Below, piece by piece: positions 61,607 to 64,000 of a DNA stretch of 64,000 nt; positions within the stretch are counted from its first letter, which is position 1; each line of letters begins with the position of its first letter. The notes beneath the pieces were generated by a model. The model saw only the letters and a list, made by a program, of their open reading frames with translations, searched no databases and was not told the origin of the DNA. Made by a program: the position numbers and the translations under genes. Origin of the DNA: Myxococcales bacterium (lineage in GTDB: Bacteria; Myxococcota; Myxococcia; Myxococcales; UBA5297); contig JASGHK010000008.1 in the NCBI GenBank assembly GCA_049841135.1, positions 403,272 to 467,271 on the forward strand, written 5' to 3'.

Positions 61607-63028
61607 TCAACCGCCCCCCGCGCCCCCGCCCTCGTCGTACTTCTTGCGCTTGCGCCACAGCGTGGAGGCGTCGATGCCCAGCACCGCCGCGGCGGCCTCC
61701 AGCGTCTTGGTGCGCGCCAGCACCTTCTGGACGTGCTCCTTCTCCAGCGCCTCCAGCGTCCAGTCGCCGCCCACCTGCGGCCCCGCCGGCTTCCCCTCGC
61801 GCATCCGCTCCGGGAACGCCTCCGGCTCCAGGAGCGAGGCGGGCCAGAGGATGAGCGCCCGCTCGAGGGTGTTGCGCAGCTCCCGGACATTGCCGGGCCA
61901 GGGGTAGCCGCGCAGGAGCTCCTCGGACGCCGGCGAGAGCTCGGGATTCTGCCGGCCCAGGTTGAAGGCGAAGAAGCGAAGGAAGCGCCGCGCCATGGGG
62001 ACGATGTCCTCGCTGCGCTCGCGCAGCGGCGGCACCAGCACCTCCACCACGTTGAGCCGGTAGAGCAGATCCTCGCGGAACCGGCCGGCGCGCAAGTCCG
62101 CCTCCAGGTCGCGGTTGGTGGCGGTCACCACCCGCACGTCGGCGGTCCGGGTGCGCGACTCGCCGACGCGCTCGTACTGCTTGTCCTGCAGGAAGCGCAG
62201 CAGCTTGGCCTGCAGCCCCGCGGCGATCTCTCCGACCTCGTCCAGGAAGAGCGTCCCCCCGTCGGCGGCCTCCACCCGTCCCGGCTGGTCCCGGACCGCG
62301 CCGGTGAAGGCGCCGCGGGCGTGGCCGAACAGCTCGCTGGCGAGCAGCTCCTCGGACAGCGTGGGGCAGTTGATGACCCCGAAGCTCTTCCGGGCTCGCG
62401 CGCTCCGGTCGTGCAGGGCCCGCGCGAGGACGGTCTTGCCCGTGCCGGTCTCGCCCCGCAAGAGCACGGGAGCGTCCGAGGCCGCCGCCCGGTCGAGCAT
62501 CTGCAGCGTCGCACGCATCTTCGGCGACTCGGTGGAGAGGTCCACGTCGGGCGCCGCGCTCGCCAGCATCGACTCCAGGTCGGCCAGGCGGTGGGCCGTC
62601 TGCACCCGCTGCGCGCAGCGGTCCACCAGGAGCCGGATCTGCGCGGGCGTGAAGGGCTTGGCCAGGTAGTCCCACGCTCCGCGCTTGATGGCCTGCACCG
62701 CGCTGTCGATGGTCGCGTAGGCGGTGATGACCACGATGGCCAGCTGCGGCGAGGACTCCAGCAGCTTGGGGATGAGGTCCAGCCCGCTCTCCGTCCCCAG
62801 CCTGAGGTCGACGAAGGCCAGGTCGAACGCGCGGACCTGCTGTGCCACGAGCGCGGCCTCGCCCGAGCCGACCGCCTTGGCCTCGCACCCCAACCCCTCC
62901 AGGCAGATGGCCAGCGTCGTGCGGATGTTCTTCTCGTCGTCGACGACCAGGGCCCTCAGGCCCGACTTGGCAACCGCGTCCATGGGCATGATGGCCTGAA
63001 GGGGACGCCTGGCTGAGGCTGACGTCAA
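61607..63028 (-). CDS. Sigma54-dependent response regulator (NtrC family)
   Basis: REC domain (LVVDDEKNIRTTL...FVDLRLG), GETGTGKTVLARALH, GAFTGA, ESELFGH, C-terminal HTH (AAAVLGIDASTLWRKRKKY). Start may be at M13 or M15. Overlaps the stop of the upstream hybrid kinase. Confidence 0.8.
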   Translation of the reverse strand: MTSASARRPLQAIMPMDAVAKSGLRALVVDDEKNIRTTLAICLEGLGCEAKAVGSGEAALVAQQVRAFDLAFVDLRLGTESGLDLIPKLLESSPQLAIVVITAYATIDSAVQAIKRGAWDYLAKPFTPAQIRLLVDRCAQRVQTAHRLADLESMLASAAPDVDLSTESPKMRATLQMLDRAAASDAPVLLRGETGTGKTVLARALHDRSARARKSFGVINCPTLSEELLASELFGHARGAFTGAVRDQPGRVEAADGGTLFLDEVGEIAAGLQAKLLRFLQDKQYERVGESRTRTADVRVVTATNRDLEADLRAGRFREDLLYRLNVVEVLVPPLRERSEDIVPMARRFLRFFAFNLGRQNPELSPASEELLRGYPWPGNVRELRNTLERALILWPASLLEPEAFPERMREGKPAGPQVGGDWTLEALEKEHVQKVLARTKTLEAAAAVLGIDASTLWRKRKKYDEGGGAGGG

Positions 63029-64000
63029 GGACCGGGGCCGTGCGGCGCGCTTCGCGTTGCGGAATGCAAGGTGGCCGGAAGCTCAGCCGCCGCGGTGGCC
63101 GTCCCCACCAGCCGCATCAGCGCCTGCAGGTCCGGCGGCTTGCAGACGTGCGTGTCGAAGCCGGCGTCCAGCGCCCGGCGCCGGTCGTCGGGCTGGCCGT
63201 AGCCCGTGAGCGCGACCAGGAACGCGCTCGCGGTCGCGACCTCGCTGCGAAGCGAGCGGGCCACCGAATAGCCGTCCATGACCGGCAGGCCGATGTCGCA
63301 GATGACGACCTCCGGCCGGAAATCTCGGGCCTTCTCGACCCCCTCCCGCCCGTCGCGGGCCACGAGCACCCGGTGCCGGTCGAGCTCGAGGATCTCGCGC
63401 AGGTTCTCGGCCGTGTCCCTGCTGTCTTCGATCACCAGGACCCGCTTCTGCCTTCGGCCGGCCTGGAGCGAGAGGGCCGGCAGGCGGCTCCGCTCGGCGT
63501 GCGCAGGGTCGTCCAGGGGCAGCTCGACGGTGAAGCGGGCGCCGCGCCCCGGCCCCTCGCTCCTGGCCTCCACCGTCCCGCCGTGCAGCTCCGCCAGCCC
63601 CTTGACCAGCGCGAGGCCCAGACCCAGCCCTCCCTTGCTGCGGTCCAGCGAGCGCTCGGCCTGTGCGAAGGGGACGAACAGCCGCGCGAGCGTCGCCGGG
63701 TCGAGGCCCACGCCGGTGTCGACGACCTCGAGCCGGGCCAGGCACCCGGTGTCGGCCACCGAGATGGCGACCTCCCCGCCCTCGGGCGTGAACTTGGCGG
63801 CGTTGGTCAACAGGTTGCTCGTGATCTGCGCCAGCCGCGCCGCGTCGGCGAAGACGGGGACGCGCTGGTCCGGCAGGTCGAGGCCCAGGCGGTGGTGCGC
63901 GAAGAGCTGGCGGTGGTCCTCGAGCGTGCGCCGCACCACCTCCCCCAGGTCGACGTGCTCGCGCTGCAGGCGGATTCTTCCCGCGAGATGCGCGTGGCGT
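63025..64000 (-). CDS. Hybrid sensor histidine kinase (HATPase plus receiver domain), 5'-partial, continues beyond the window
   Basis: HATPase (LLTNAAKFTPEGG...DTGVGLDP...GGLGLGLALVKGLAELHGG) followed by REC (VLVIEDSRDTAENLRE...DIGLPVMDG). The reading frame is open upstream to nt 64000. Confidence 0.7.
   Translation of the reverse strand, partial: RHAHLAGRIRLQREHVDLGEVVRRTLEDHRQLFAHHRLGLDLPDQRVPVFADAARLAQITSNLLTNAAKFTPEGGEVAISVADTGCLARLEVVDTGVGLDPATLARLFVPFAQAERSLDRSKGGLGLGLALVKGLAELHGGTVEARSEGPGRGARFTVELPLDDPAHAERSRLPALSLQAGRRQKRVLVIEDSRDTAENLREILELDRHRVLVARDGREGVEKARDFRPEVVICDIGLPVMDGYSVARSLRSEVATASAFLVALTGYGQPDDRRRALDAGFDTHVCKPPDLQALMRLVGTATAAAELPATLHSATRSAPHGPGP

Overview
This is a dense, high-GC (about 70%) chromosomal segment, most likely from a myxobacterium-like deltaproteobacterium (sigma54 regulators everywhere, pilMNOPQ, TIGR02996+LRR protein, Roadblock/LC7 protein). 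I call about 60 genes.

Main blocks from left to right:
- 1-3.3 kb: housekeeping genes (partial APH-type phosphotransferase, tag glycosylase, DedA, quinone reductase).
- 3.3-11.4 kb, minus strand: a six-gene operon translationally coupled at every junction (2-4 nt stop/start overlaps at four, 3 nt gap at the fifth). It encodes a MoxR-like AAA+ ATPase, a hypothetical protein, a vWA plus HExxH metallopeptidase protein, a second hypothetical, a PaaK/F390-synthetase-like adenylating enzyme, and a PnuC-NadR fusion for NAD salvage. This is the most novel-looking unit in the window.
- 11.4-13.7 kb: a divergent pair, a TIGR02996/LRR protein followed by a Cys-rich vWA lipoprotein.
- 13.8-17.2 kb: an MBL-fold hydrolase, TolB, a DUF2461 protein and a small hypothetical protein.
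- 17-28.6 kb, minus strand: an Omp85/BamA-like barrel overlapped by an upstream TamB-like gene, an ExeA/MshM-like ATPase, and a roughly 1136-aa TPR protein with acidic and Lys/Pro-rich repeats.
- 28.9-36.5 kb: efp with a clear intrinsic terminator, a Roadblock/LC7 gene, a lipoprotein, and pilQ-pilP-pilO-pilN-pilM.
- 36.6-46 kb: an XRE HTH gene, a PilS/PilR-like sensor kinase and sigma54 regulator, an ABC-2 permease, two tandem type IV pilin genes with a sigma54-type promoter, a divergent ABC ATPase, and a GT-C-like membrane glycosyltransferase.
- 46-53.3 kb: an acyl-CoA carboxyltransferase, RNase HII, a PilZ protein, two small SAF-domain genes, a beta-barrel protein, an ECF sigma factor and its anti-sigma factor.
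- 53.6-64 kb: a sigma54-type promoter, two KdpF-like peptides, kdpA, kdpB, kdpC, a split KdpD (sensor/USP protein plus a separate kinase), then a convergent operon of a hybrid kinase and an NtrC-type regulator.

Data-quality point: at least 16 genes are interrupted by single-nucleotide frameshifts. Several sit in C or G homopolymers, which points to sequencing indels rather than real pseudogenes. I labelled these as frameshifted (type pseudogene) and describe the intact product they would encode.

I found no rRNA, tRNA, CRISPR array or transposase.
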